DNA of 64,000 bases, taken from contig CALWCH010000003.1 in assembly GCA_944376335.1 (NCBI GenBank), forward strand, positions 55,781 to 119,780, given 5' to 3'. The DNA is from an uncultured Clostridia bacterium (GTDB taxonomy: Bacteria; Bacillota; Clostridia; Christensenellales; Borkfalkiaceae). The position numbers and the translations under genes were made by a program. Under the pieces are notes generated by a model. That model was not told where the DNA came from. It made no database searches and saw nothing but the letters and a program-made list of their open reading frames with translations. Positions 1-8,408 of the stretch are shown here, one piece after another; position 1 is the first letter of the stretch; every line of letters begins with the position of its first letter.

Positions 1-762
1 GGGTGCGGTCAGCCTATTTTCAATGCGGGAAATGCACGCCTCCCTCCCCGCAATGTAGCCGCCCGTGGGAGCCAGCCCGCCCCCGGGATTTTTAATGAGC
101 GAGCCTGCGATGACGTCCGCGCCAACCTCGCACGGCTCCTGCTTTTCGACAAATTCGCCGTAGCAGTTGTCAATGAAGATATCGCCCTCAAAGCCGCAAT
201 TTCGCACGAGCGCGCACATTCGCCCGATCTCTTCCACGGTAAACGCGTCGCGGAGCTCATACCCGCGCGAGCGCTGGATATACATCATATTGTAATGTTT
301 TTGAGAGAGTGAGGCAGCGATCGCCCCCTCATCGGGTTTGCCCGAGGCGGCAAGCTCCACCACGTCAAAGCCGATCTGATAGTCCTTGAGTGAACCGTTT
401 CCCTCCCCCCAGACGACGCCACGCAGCGTATCGTAGGGCTTGCCCGTAATGCAGAGGACGCTGTCGCCCGACTTTAAGAGCCCGAACAGCGCAACGGTGA
501 TGGCGTGCGTCCCCGACAAGAGCGCGGGCGAGACGATGGCGCGCTCGGTTTTAAAAGCGCGGGCATACACGCGGCCGAGGGCATCCCTCCCCTCGTCGCC
601 ATAGCCATAGCCCGTAGATGGGGCAAAGTGACGGAGCGCGATCATCTCCTCACGGAACGCGTCGAGCACCTTCCGCTGGTTAAAAAGCGCCGTCTCGTCA
701 ATCAAAGAAAAGCGGACGGAGAGCTTCCCCTCTTGCTCCGAAATGAGTTCAGTTGCCTTCAT
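1..762 (-). CDS. PLP-dependent methionine gamma-lyase-family protein (YnbB / aluminium-resistance-protein-like); C-terminus lies beyond window start
   Basis: Hand translation of minus strand from ATG at 760-762: MKATELISEQEGKLSVRFSLIDETALFNQRKVLDAFREEMIALRHF...SPALLSGTHAITVALFGLLKSGD...GSLIKNPGGGLAPTGGYIAGRE. The frame is open to position 1, so it is absent from the ORF track. Start overlaps the miaA stop by 14 nt. Confidence 0.7.
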   Translation of the reverse strand, partial: MKATELISEQEGKLSVRFSLIDETALFNQRKVLDAFREEMIALRHFAPSTGYGYGDEGRDALGRVYARAFKTERAIVSPALLSGTHAITVALFGLLKSGDSVLCITGKPYDTLRGVVWGEGNGSLKDYQIGFDVVELAASGKPDEGAIAASLSQKHYNMMYIQRSRGYELRDAFTVEEIGRMCALVRNCGFEGDIFIDNCYGEFVEKQEPCEVGADVIAGSLIKNPGGGLAPTGGYIAGREACISRIENRLTAP

Positions 763-1675
763 AAAGTTTACAGACCTCCTTGGCAAGCGCCGAAGGTTCC
801 CCCGGTGCCAGCCAAACGATATTGCGTTTTCTTAAATATGTTAGCTGCCTTTTGGCATAATTGCGTGTTTTTTGCTTTATTATGTCTGACATAGTACTTG
901 TTATGTCTGACATATTACTATGCAAATCGGCATTTTTCAAAAATTCGACCACTTCTTTGTAGCCGATGCCCTGCATGCACTGCGCCGTCTCGGGCACTCC
1001 CCTATTTAAGAGAGAGCGCACCTCGTCGACAAGCCCCGCCCTCAGCATCTCATCGACTCGGCGGTCGATGCGCGCATACAGCGCTTCGCGAGGGAAGTCC
1101 ACCCCCACCGCAAGAAAAGGGATGCGCGGGATGCGCTCGTCGTGCTGGTCAGACTTTCTCTTTCCCGTCAGCTCGTAGATTTCCAGCGCCCGCACGACGC
1201 GTTTTACATCATTGGGATGCAGCACCTCGGCCGAGGCGGGGTCGACCGCTTTCAGCCGCGCGAACAGGGCATCCTTCCCCTCTTCACGCGCGAGGGCCTC
1301 ATACCGTTCCCGAACAGCCGCATCTGCAGGCGCGCCGCCGAGCGTCCTCTCATACAAAAGCGCGTCTATATAGAACGCCGTGCCGCCGCAGAGGATGGGC
1401 ACCTTGCCGCGCGCACAGATATCCTGCATAATGGGAAGGGCGAGGCGCTCAAAGTCGCTCACGGAGAAGCTCTCGTTTGGCTCCACAACGTCGATCATGT
1501 GGTGCGGAATGTCCCCCATCTCCCCCTTCGTCGGCTTGGCCGTGCCGATCTCAAGGTCCTTATAGACAAGGAGCGCGTCCGCCGAGATGACCTCGCCTTG
1601 AAGCCGCTTTGCGCACTCCACGGCAAGCGCCGTCTTTCCGGACGCCGTGGGGCCGACAACGACGAGCGCCCTCAT
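749..1675 (-). CDS. miaA: tRNA dimethylallyltransferase
   Basis: 308 aa. P-loop N-terminus MRALVVVGPTASGKTALAVE and IPHHMIDV motif. ATGA overlap with mutL stop. Confidence 0.95.
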   Translation of the reverse strand: MRALVVVGPTASGKTALAVECAKRLQGEVISADALLVYKDLEIGTAKPTKGEMGDIPHHMIDVVEPNESFSVSDFERLALPIMQDICARGKVPILCGGTAFYIDALLYERTLGGAPADAAVRERYEALAREEGKDALFARLKAVDPASAEVLHPNDVKRVVRALEIYELTGKRKSDQHDERIPRIPFLAVGVDFPREALYARIDRRVDEMLRAGLVDEVRSLLNRGVPETAQCMQGIGYKEVVEFLKNADLHSNMSDITSTMSDIIKQKTRNYAKRQLTYLRKRNIVWLAPGEPSALAKEVCKLYEGN

Positions 1676-3711
1676 ACGATCCTCTTGAAGAGCTTTTCAA
1701 GCTCCTTCTTCTTCACGGAGACGACTGCGGGCCGCCCGTGCGGGCACTTGAGCCCCATGTCGCCGTCCATGTCCGAAAGCAGCCCCTTCGCCTCTTCGGG
1801 CGAAAGTTTCTCGCCGCCTTTGACTGCCGCCTTGCATGCCATTGTGGCGAGGCGGTCCCGCACGATATCCTTGAGCTTGACTGCCCGCAAGGTCTCCATC
1901 GAGGAGAGCACTTCGCGCAAAAACCCTTCCACATCCATGCCGAAGAGGTCCACGGGCACGGCGGAGACCTTCACGGACGTGCCGCCGAACTCGTCAATTT
2001 CAAATCCGAGGGCGCGCAGCGCCTCGAACTGTCCCGAGAGAAAGGCAAACTCCTGCGCGTTGACGTTCAAGATATACGGCATGAGGACGGGCTGGGAAAT
2101 GGCGCGCTTTTCCTCGCACTTCTTTACAAGGCGCTCATAGATGAGCCGCTCGTGCGCCGCGTGCTGGTCGATGATAAACACCTCATCGCCCCGCTCAAAG
2201 AGAAGATACGTCTGAAAGAGCACGCCCTGATAGGTGAGCGTCGCGGGGTCTATCTTCTGCTGCGCCGCTCCCTTTTCGCGCTCCAAAAGGTATTTTCTGT
2301 TCTCCTCAAAGGCGTCCGCAGCATTCTGCTCCGCAGGCGCGTGCTCCCGAGCGGGCAACACCTTCCCGATGGCATCTGCAGGCGGCGCAGGATAGCGGGA
2401 GGCGAGCGGCGAGCGCACCTCGAGCACATTCTGTTTGGGGCTTTCAAAGTAGTGCACAGGCTCCCTGCCCGCCATCGGCGGAATATCAAAGGCAAGCTCC
2501 CTCTTCGCCTCTTCAAGCGTCATAGTCTCCTTGGGTATAGGCGTCTCTTGGGGGGAGAAAGCGGGCTTTTCCGCCCTTTCCCCGCCAAAACAGCGCGCCG
2601 CCTCTTCGGGCGAGGCCGTCTCCTTCGGTTGAACAGAAGGAACTTTCTTGATTTCCTCGGCTTTTACAAGCCGCTCCCTGTTCTCCCCCGCCGTGGAAGC
2701 GATGTTCGGCACGATGTACTCGAGCGCCGAAGAGCTGCCGTCGAGGACCGCCGAGATGTTGGAATAGACGGTGCCGTAGACGACGCGGTTGTCCGCAAAG
2801 CGCACGTCCGCCTTGTTGGGGTGGACGTTGACGTCGACGACTTCGGGCGGCACTTCCAAAAAAAGCACATAAAACGGGTACTGCCGCTTCATGAGGTAGC
2901 TCCCGTAGGCGTTTGTGACCGCCGAGGCGATCGTCTGGTTGATGATGTATCTGCCGTTCAAAAAGAGGCTCTGATAGCTCCGATTTGGCTTATTGAAGCT
3001 GCGGTTTCCGATGTAGCCCCAAAGCTTCATGCCGTGCTTTTCGGCGCGGATGCAGATGGTGTTTTGAAGCGTTGTTGCCCCGTAGACGACGGCGAGCGCA
3101 CTCTCAAGCCCGTCTCCAAACGAGCGGAAACGCACCTTGCCGTTCACCGTATAGGTAAAGGAAATTTGCGGGCGGGAGAGAAGGAACCGCGCCATCATGC
3201 TCGTGATGTCGCCCTCCTCGCTCGCGTCGCTCTTTAAAAATTTGAGGCGGGCGGGCGTGTTGAAAAAGAGGTCACAGACGGTCACTACCGTGCCCTCCGC
3301 GCCCCCTGCGGGGGTAAGTTCCCCGAGGACGCCCCCGTTCGAGGTGAGCTCAAAGGCCTCTTTCCCCTTGACGCGGGAGAGGATGGTCATTTTGGAGACG
3401 GACGCGACCGACGCGACCGCCTCGCCGCGGAAACCCAGCGTAAAGATGCAGGAAAGGTCGTCCGCCGTCTTGAGTTTGCTCGTCGCGTGCGGCAAAAAGG
3501 CGGCTTTTAAATCCTCTCTTTCGATGCCGCTGCCGTTGTCTGTCACACGGATGAGCTTCTTGCCGCCGCCCTCCACCTCAACCGAAACTTGCGTTGCGCC
3601 CGCATCGATGGCGTTTTCGACGAGCTCCTTGACGACGGAATACGGCCTGTCGACGACTTCCCCCGCCGCGATCCGATTGTAGACCTCGGGGGGCAGAATG
3701 TTGATGTTCAT
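1672..3711 (-). CDS. mutL: DNA mismatch repair protein MutL
   Basis: 679 aa. GHKL ATPase N-terminus MNINILPPEVYNRIAAGEVVDRPYSVVKELVENAIDAGA. C-terminal IIDQHAAHERLIYE motif. ATGA overlap with mutS stop. Confidence 0.96.
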   Translation of the reverse strand: MNINILPPEVYNRIAAGEVVDRPYSVVKELVENAIDAGATQVSVEVEGGGKKLIRVTDNGSGIEREDLKAAFLPHATSKLKTADDLSCIFTLGFRGEAVASVASVSKMTILSRVKGKEAFELTSNGGVLGELTPAGGAEGTVVTVCDLFFNTPARLKFLKSDASEEGDITSMMARFLLSRPQISFTYTVNGKVRFRSFGDGLESALAVVYGATTLQNTICIRAEKHGMKLWGYIGNRSFNKPNRSYQSLFLNGRYIINQTIASAVTNAYGSYLMKRQYPFYVLFLEVPPEVVDVNVHPNKADVRFADNRVVYGTVYSNISAVLDGSSSALEYIVPNIASTAGENRERLVKAEEIKKVPSVQPKETASPEEAARCFGGERAEKPAFSPQETPIPKETMTLEEAKRELAFDIPPMAGREPVHYFESPKQNVLEVRSPLASRYPAPPADAIGKVLPAREHAPAEQNAADAFEENRKYLLEREKGAAQQKIDPATLTYQGVLFQTYLLFERGDEVFIIDQHAAHERLIYERLVKKCEEKRAISQPVLMPYILNVNAQEFAFLSGQFEALRALGFEIDEFGGTSVKVSAVPVDLFGMDVEGFLREVLSSMETLRAVKLKDIVRDRLATMACKAAVKGGEKLSPEEAKGLLSDMDGDMGLKCPHGRPAVVSVKKKELEKLFKRIV

Positions 3712-6269
3712 ACCTTCTCCTTCCAGCGCGCGATGAGCTGAAATGCCGCCATGGGCGAGAGTGAATTGATGTCGAGGGCGGCAAGCTCCTCGAGGACGGG
3801 GCTCTTCTCCTCTTCCTCTTCGGGCGCATCCGAAATGGCGGCGCCCTTCGCGGCGATGTCGTTCTTTTCAAGCTTCTTTAAGATGCGTTTGGCACGCGCG
3901 GTGACTTCCTGCGGCACGCCTGCAAGCGCGGCGACTTCCACGCCGAAGCTGCGCGACGCCCCGCCCCGCACAATTTTGCGCAAAAAGACGATGGAGCCGT
4001 TGACCTCGCGCGCGTTGATCTTATAGTTCTTCACGCCCTCCAAGCGCCCTTCGAGCTCGGTGAGCTCGTGATAGTGCGTTGCAAACAGCGTCTTGCCTCT
4101 TATCTTATCGTTGAGATACTCGATGACCGCCCACGCGATGGAGAGGCCGTCGTAAGTGCTCGTGCCCCGCCCCACTTCATCGAGAATGAGAAGGGAGCGA
4201 GACGTCGCATTGCGCAAGATGTTTGCAACTTCCGTCATCTCGACCATGAAGGTCGAGCGGTCCAAAATCAGGTTATCACTCGCGCCGATGCGGGTGAAGA
4301 TGCGGTCGATGAGGGGCACCCTCGCCCGTTTTGCGGGCACAAAGCAGCCGATGTGCGCCATGAGCGCAATGAGCGCCGTCTGCCGCAGATAGGTGCTCTT
4401 GCCCGCCATATTCGGCCCGGTGATGACCATCGTGCGGTTTTCGCCCCCGTCCAAAAGGCAGTCGTTAGGCACAAATCTGTCCTTCGAGAGCGCCTCGACG
4501 ACGGGATGACGGCCGTCCTCGATCTCGAGCGCCCCGTCCTCTGCAATTTCGGGGCGGCAGTACTTATTTTCTTTGGCAACGACGGCAAACGAGAGCAGAC
4601 AATCGAGCCGCGCAATGGCGCCCGAGAGCTGTTGGAGAACGGGAATGTTCTTTAAGAGCACTTCTAAAATTTCCTCAAAGAGCTGCTCCTCGAGCCTTCC
4701 CGCCCGCTCGTCGCTGCCGAGTATTTTGCTTTCCAGCTCCTTGAGCTCGTCCGTCGTGTATCTCTCCCCGCCCGCCAGCGTCTGGCGGCGCACATAGGAA
4801 TAGGGCACCTTCTCCTTGAAGGAGTTGCTCACCTCGATATAGTACCCGAACACGCGGTTGAAACCGACTTTCAGCGTGCGGATGCCCGTCCGTTCGCGCT
4901 CACGCGTTTCAAGCGCCGCGATCATCGTGCGGCTCTCCGTCTTGATGTCGCGAAGCTCGTCGAGCGTCGGGTTGTACCCCCTTCGGATATAGCCGCCGTC
5001 TTTTCTCGTCGTCGCGTTCTCCGCGATCGCATTATCCAAGAGGGCGCATATCTCGCGCGTATCGGCTAAATCTGCCGCAATGGCGCGCAGCACTTCGGAG
5101 GTAAAGCCCGTCAGCTGCAGTTTGAGCGAAGGGATGACGGCGAGCGAACGAGAGAGCGCAACGCAGTCCTGCGGCTGCAAATTGCCGTTGGAGATGCGCC
5201 CCGTGAGCCGTTCGATGTCGCGCATGCCGCCCAGCATATCGGAAATGCCCATTCTGACGACGGTGGCGTTTGCAAGCTCTTCCACAGCGTCGAGGCGGCG
5301 CTCGATCTTTTCTTTATCAAGTAGCGGCGTGATGAGCATGGATGCAAGCCTTCTCGCCCCCATGCCCGTGCGCGTCTTATCTAAAAGCCAAAGTAGGGAG
5401 CCGTACCGCTTGCCCTCGGCATTGTTCTTTAAAATTTCAAGATTTCTGACGGCGACGGGGTCGAGCGTCATATAGCCCGCGCTCTCGGAGAGGGTGAGGC
5501 GGTTGATGTTCTCGAGCGCGTGCTTCTGCGTCTCGCGGAGATATTCGATGAGCGCCCCCGCCGCAATGACGACGACGGGTTTTGCGTCCACGCCCAAGGC
5601 CTCCAAAGAGGCCGCCTTGAACTGCTCTTTGAGATTTTTCTCGCAGGAGGCATTCGCAAACGCCCACGGAAGATAGCACGAAAAAGCGGGAAGAAGGTGC
5701 CGCTCCACTTCGGGGCTCTCCTTCACGTCCATCAAGAGTTCATCGTTGCAGATAATTTCGGCAACGGAGAGATTGACGAGGTGAGATAAAAGCGCTTCCC
5801 TGTCCTCTTCGGCACAGGCGGAGCATTCGCCCGTCGTGATGTCCGCCCAGGCGATGGCATACGCGCCATCCCGCTTGACGGCGCAGGCGATGTAATTATT
5901 TTTGCGCTCGTCCAAGAGCCCGTCCTCGATGAGCGTGCCCGCCGAGACGACGCGGATGACATCCCTATCGACCATGCCGCGCCCGGCAGCTTTCGGGTCG
6001 GAGAGCTGCTCGCAGATGGCGACCTTCTCGCCCAAAGAGACGAGCTTGGAGATATACGCCTCCGCCGCGTGGTAGGGCACGCCGCACATGGGGGCGCGCT
6101 CTTCAAGCCCGCAGTCCCGCCCCGTGAGGGTGAGGTCGAGCAGTTTTGAAACGCGCACGGCGTCGTCGAAGAACATCTCGTAGAAATCGCCGAGACGGTA
6201 AAATATGACGCAGTCCTTGTACTGCTCCTTGATCTTGAGATAGTGCTCCATCATGGGCGAGAGCGCCAT
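3708..6269 (-). CDS. mutS: DNA mismatch repair protein MutS
   Basis: 853 aa. N-terminus MMEHYLKIKEQYKDCVIFYRLGDFYEMFFDDA. Walker A GPNMAGKSTYLRQ. AGGAGG RBS upstream of ATG 6267-6269. Confidence 0.97.
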   Translation of the reverse strand: MALSPMMEHYLKIKEQYKDCVIFYRLGDFYEMFFDDAVRVSKLLDLTLTGRDCGLEERAPMCGVPYHAAEAYISKLVSLGEKVAICEQLSDPKAAGRGMVDRDVIRVVSAGTLIEDGLLDERKNNYIACAVKRDGAYAIAWADITTGECSACAEEDREALLSHLVNLSVAEIICNDELLMDVKESPEVERHLLPAFSCYLPWAFANASCEKNLKEQFKAASLEALGVDAKPVVVIAAGALIEYLRETQKHALENINRLTLSESAGYMTLDPVAVRNLEILKNNAEGKRYGSLLWLLDKTRTGMGARRLASMLITPLLDKEKIERRLDAVEELANATVVRMGISDMLGGMRDIERLTGRISNGNLQPQDCVALSRSLAVIPSLKLQLTGFTSEVLRAIAADLADTREICALLDNAIAENATTRKDGGYIRRGYNPTLDELRDIKTESRTMIAALETRERERTGIRTLKVGFNRVFGYYIEVSNSFKEKVPYSYVRRQTLAGGERYTTDELKELESKILGSDERAGRLEEQLFEEILEVLLKNIPVLQQLSGAIARLDCLLSFAVVAKENKYCRPEIAEDGALEIEDGRHPVVEALSKDRFVPNDCLLDGGENRTMVITGPNMAGKSTYLRQTALIALMAHIGCFVPAKRARVPLIDRIFTRIGASDNLILDRSTFMVEMTEVANILRNATSRSLLILDEVGRGTSTYDGLSIAWAVIEYLNDKIRGKTLFATHYHELTELEGRLEGVKNYKINAREVNGSIVFLRKIVRGGASRSFGVEVAALAGVPQEVTARAKRILKKLEKNDIAAKGAAISDAPEEEEEKSPVLEELAALDINSLSPMAAFQLIARWKEKV

Positions 6270-6287
6270 AACATATCCTCCTATGCG

Positions 6288-7601
6288 TTAAACGATGGTG
6301 CCGTAGAGCGAAATGCCGTTTGCGCGGTCGATTTTAAGGTTTACAAATTCGCCGATGAGATTTTTCTCACTTGTAAAATACCCCATGCGGCCCTCTTCGC
6401 TGCGGCCAAGATAGAGGCCCTTCTTTTCGTCGTAGTCCTCGCAGAGAATTTCCGTCACCTTTCCGACGTACTCCTTCGACATCTCCCGCGTGTTCTCATT
6501 GACCGCCTCCACAAGACGCATAATGCGGTCTTTCGAGACATCCTCGGGGATGCGCCCCTCCATCTCGGCGGCCTTGGTGCCCGTGCGCGGTGAATAGACG
6601 AAGGTGAACGCCGAGGCAAAGTTCGCTTCTTTCACGAGCGACAAGGTCTCTTCAAACTCCTCCTCCGTCTCCGTGGGGAAGCCGACGATGAGGTCGGTCG
6701 TCACGGCGCAGCCGGGAATGAGTTCGCGCAGCATCTTGAGCTCCCCTAAATACTTCTCGCGCGTGTAGCGGCGGTTCATGAGGGAGAGAATGCGGTCACT
6801 CCCCGCCTGCACGGGAAGGTGCAGTAAATTGCAAATTTTCTCGTGTTTGCGCATGACGAGGGCGAGCTCCCTTGTAAAGTCCTTGGGGTGCGAAGTCATA
6901 AAGCGGAGGCGGAATTTGCCTTCAATTTGCGCACAGCGGTCCAAAAGTTCGGGGAAGGACATGCCGCCCTGCCCGTCGCTGTTATACGAATTGACGTTTT
7001 GGCCAAGTAAGGTAATTTCCTTATACCCTTCCTTTACAAGCCCTTCCACCTCTTTTAAGATGACTTCGGCGCTTCGCGAGCGCTCTCTCCCTCGCACATA
7101 GGGCACGATGCAATAGGTGCAGAAGTTGTTGCACCCATAGGTGATGTTCACCCAGGCGTTGGGATAGCTCGTCCTCACGGGCGTAATGCCGTCCTCCGTC
7201 TCCTTCCTTGCATCCAAAATGGAGACCTGTTTCTTTCTCCTTTCGCGGAGGGCGTCGATGAGCGAGGACAGCTCCCCTACATTGTGCGTGCCGAAGATGA
7301 TATCGATGAAGGGAAATTTCTCCCTTAAAAGCTGCGCCTTGCCCGCTTCCTGCGCCATACAGCCGCCCACGGCGACGATGAGCCCCTTCTTGCGCCGTTT
7401 CAATTTCTTCAAATTCCCGATGTTGCCGAAGGCGTGGTTTTCCGCATTCTCGCGAATGCAACAGGTGTTAAAGACGATGATGTCGGCGTCCTCGTCCGTG
7501 TCGACGGGAGTCGTATAGCCCTTTTCCTGTAAAATGGCTGCGATCTTCTCCGATTCGTGGACGTTCATCTGGCAGCCGTAGGTGACGATATGGTAGTTCA
7601 A
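6288..7601 (-). CDS. miaB: tRNA-i6A37 methylthiotransferase (radical SAM)
   Basis: 437 aa. N-terminal TYGCQMN and radical-SAM CNNFCTYCIVPYVRG. The only in-frame start upstream of the conserved N-terminus is TTG at 7599-7601, overlapping the cobB stop (TTGA). Confidence 0.92.
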   Translation of the reverse strand: MNYHIVTYGCQMNVHESEKIAAILQEKGYTTPVDTDEDADIIVFNTCCIRENAENHAFGNIGNLKKLKRRKKGLIVAVGGCMAQEAGKAQLLREKFPFIDIIFGTHNVGELSSLIDALRERRKKQVSILDARKETEDGITPVRTSYPNAWVNITYGCNNFCTYCIVPYVRGRERSRSAEVILKEVEGLVKEGYKEITLLGQNVNSYNSDGQGGMSFPELLDRCAQIEGKFRLRFMTSHPKDFTRELALVMRKHEKICNLLHLPVQAGSDRILSLMNRRYTREKYLGELKMLRELIPGCAVTTDLIVGFPTETEEEFEETLSLVKEANFASAFTFVYSPRTGTKAAEMEGRIPEDVSKDRIMRLVEAVNENTREMSKEYVGKVTEILCEDYDEKKGLYLGRSEEGRMGYFTSEKNLIGEFVNLKIDRANGISLYGTIV

Positions 7602-8302
7602 AGTTTGGAAAGTACCTCCCCCACTTTTTCATGAATACAAAGTTCCGCTTCGCCGTCGAGGGGCGTTGCGTCGCGGTTGATGAGGACGAGGTGTTCGCCC
7701 CTGAAATAGTCCAAAAAGCTCGCGGCTGGGTAGACGGAGAGCGATGTTCCCGCAACGATGAGAAGATCGGCATTCGAAATGGCGCGGATGGCGCCCATCA
7801 CGGTCGCGTCGTTGAGCTGTTCGCCGTACAAGACGACGTCGGGCTTGATGAGCCCCCCGCAGCTGCACCGCGGCACGCCCTTGCTCTCTTTGATGTACTC
7901 CGCCGTATAACTTTTGCCGCAGGAGAGGCAGTAATTGCGATAAATGCTCCCGTGCAGCTCAAAGACGCGTCTTGAGCCCGCCTTTTGGTGCAGCCCGTCG
8001 ATATTCTGCGTGACCACGGCAAGCAATTTCCCCGCCTGTTCCCACTCCACAAGTTTTCTGTGCGCCGCATTGGGCTGAGCGTCGAGCGGCAGCATCTTGT
8101 CGCGGTAAAACCTATAAAAGTCCTCGGTGTGCGAATAGAAGTAGGTATCCGAGAGCATCACCTCGGGCGGCACCGAATATTTCTGATTATAGAGCCCGTC
8201 TTTCGAGCGGAAGTCGGGAATGCCGCTCTCCGTCGAGACGCCCGCTCCGCCGAAAAAGACGATGCGTTCGGAGCGTTCCACAAGTTCTTTGAGTGTTGCC
8301 AT
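7598..8302 (-). CDS. cobB: NAD-dependent protein deacylase (sirtuin, Sir2 family)
   Basis: Trimmed to ATG 8300-8302 (AGGAGG 9 nt upstream), 234 aa. Motifs GAGVSTESGIPDFRS, QNIDGLH, Zn-ribbon CLSCG...CSCGG. Confidence 0.9.
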   Translation of the reverse strand: MATLKELVERSERIVFFGGAGVSTESGIPDFRSKDGLYNQKYSVPPEVMLSDTYFYSHTEDFYRFYRDKMLPLDAQPNAAHRKLVEWEQAGKLLAVVTQNIDGLHQKAGSRRVFELHGSIYRNYCLSCGKSYTAEYIKESKGVPRCSCGGLIKPDVVLYGEQLNDATVMGAIRAISNADLLIVAGTSLSVYPAASFLDYFRGEHLVLINRDATPLDGEAELCIHEKVGEVLSKL

Positions 8303-8408
8303 GGGCGCAGTCCTCCTGACTATCAATTATATCACAAATGGCGCAATTTTTCAACTTTTGCCGCTCTTTCCCTGCGATTTTTTTGCAAAAAAGCGCATAC
8401 TGCGGAAG

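Noticed and set aside
7598-8302. Sir2-family gene as a possible anti-phage (NADase) defence component.
   Set aside because: It is a compact 234-aa canonical sirtuin with the GAGxS, QNIDxLH and Zn-ribbon motifs. It has no fused or adjacent effector or sensor, and it is translationally coupled to miaB in a housekeeping block. An ordinary CobB-type deacylase is the simplest reading.
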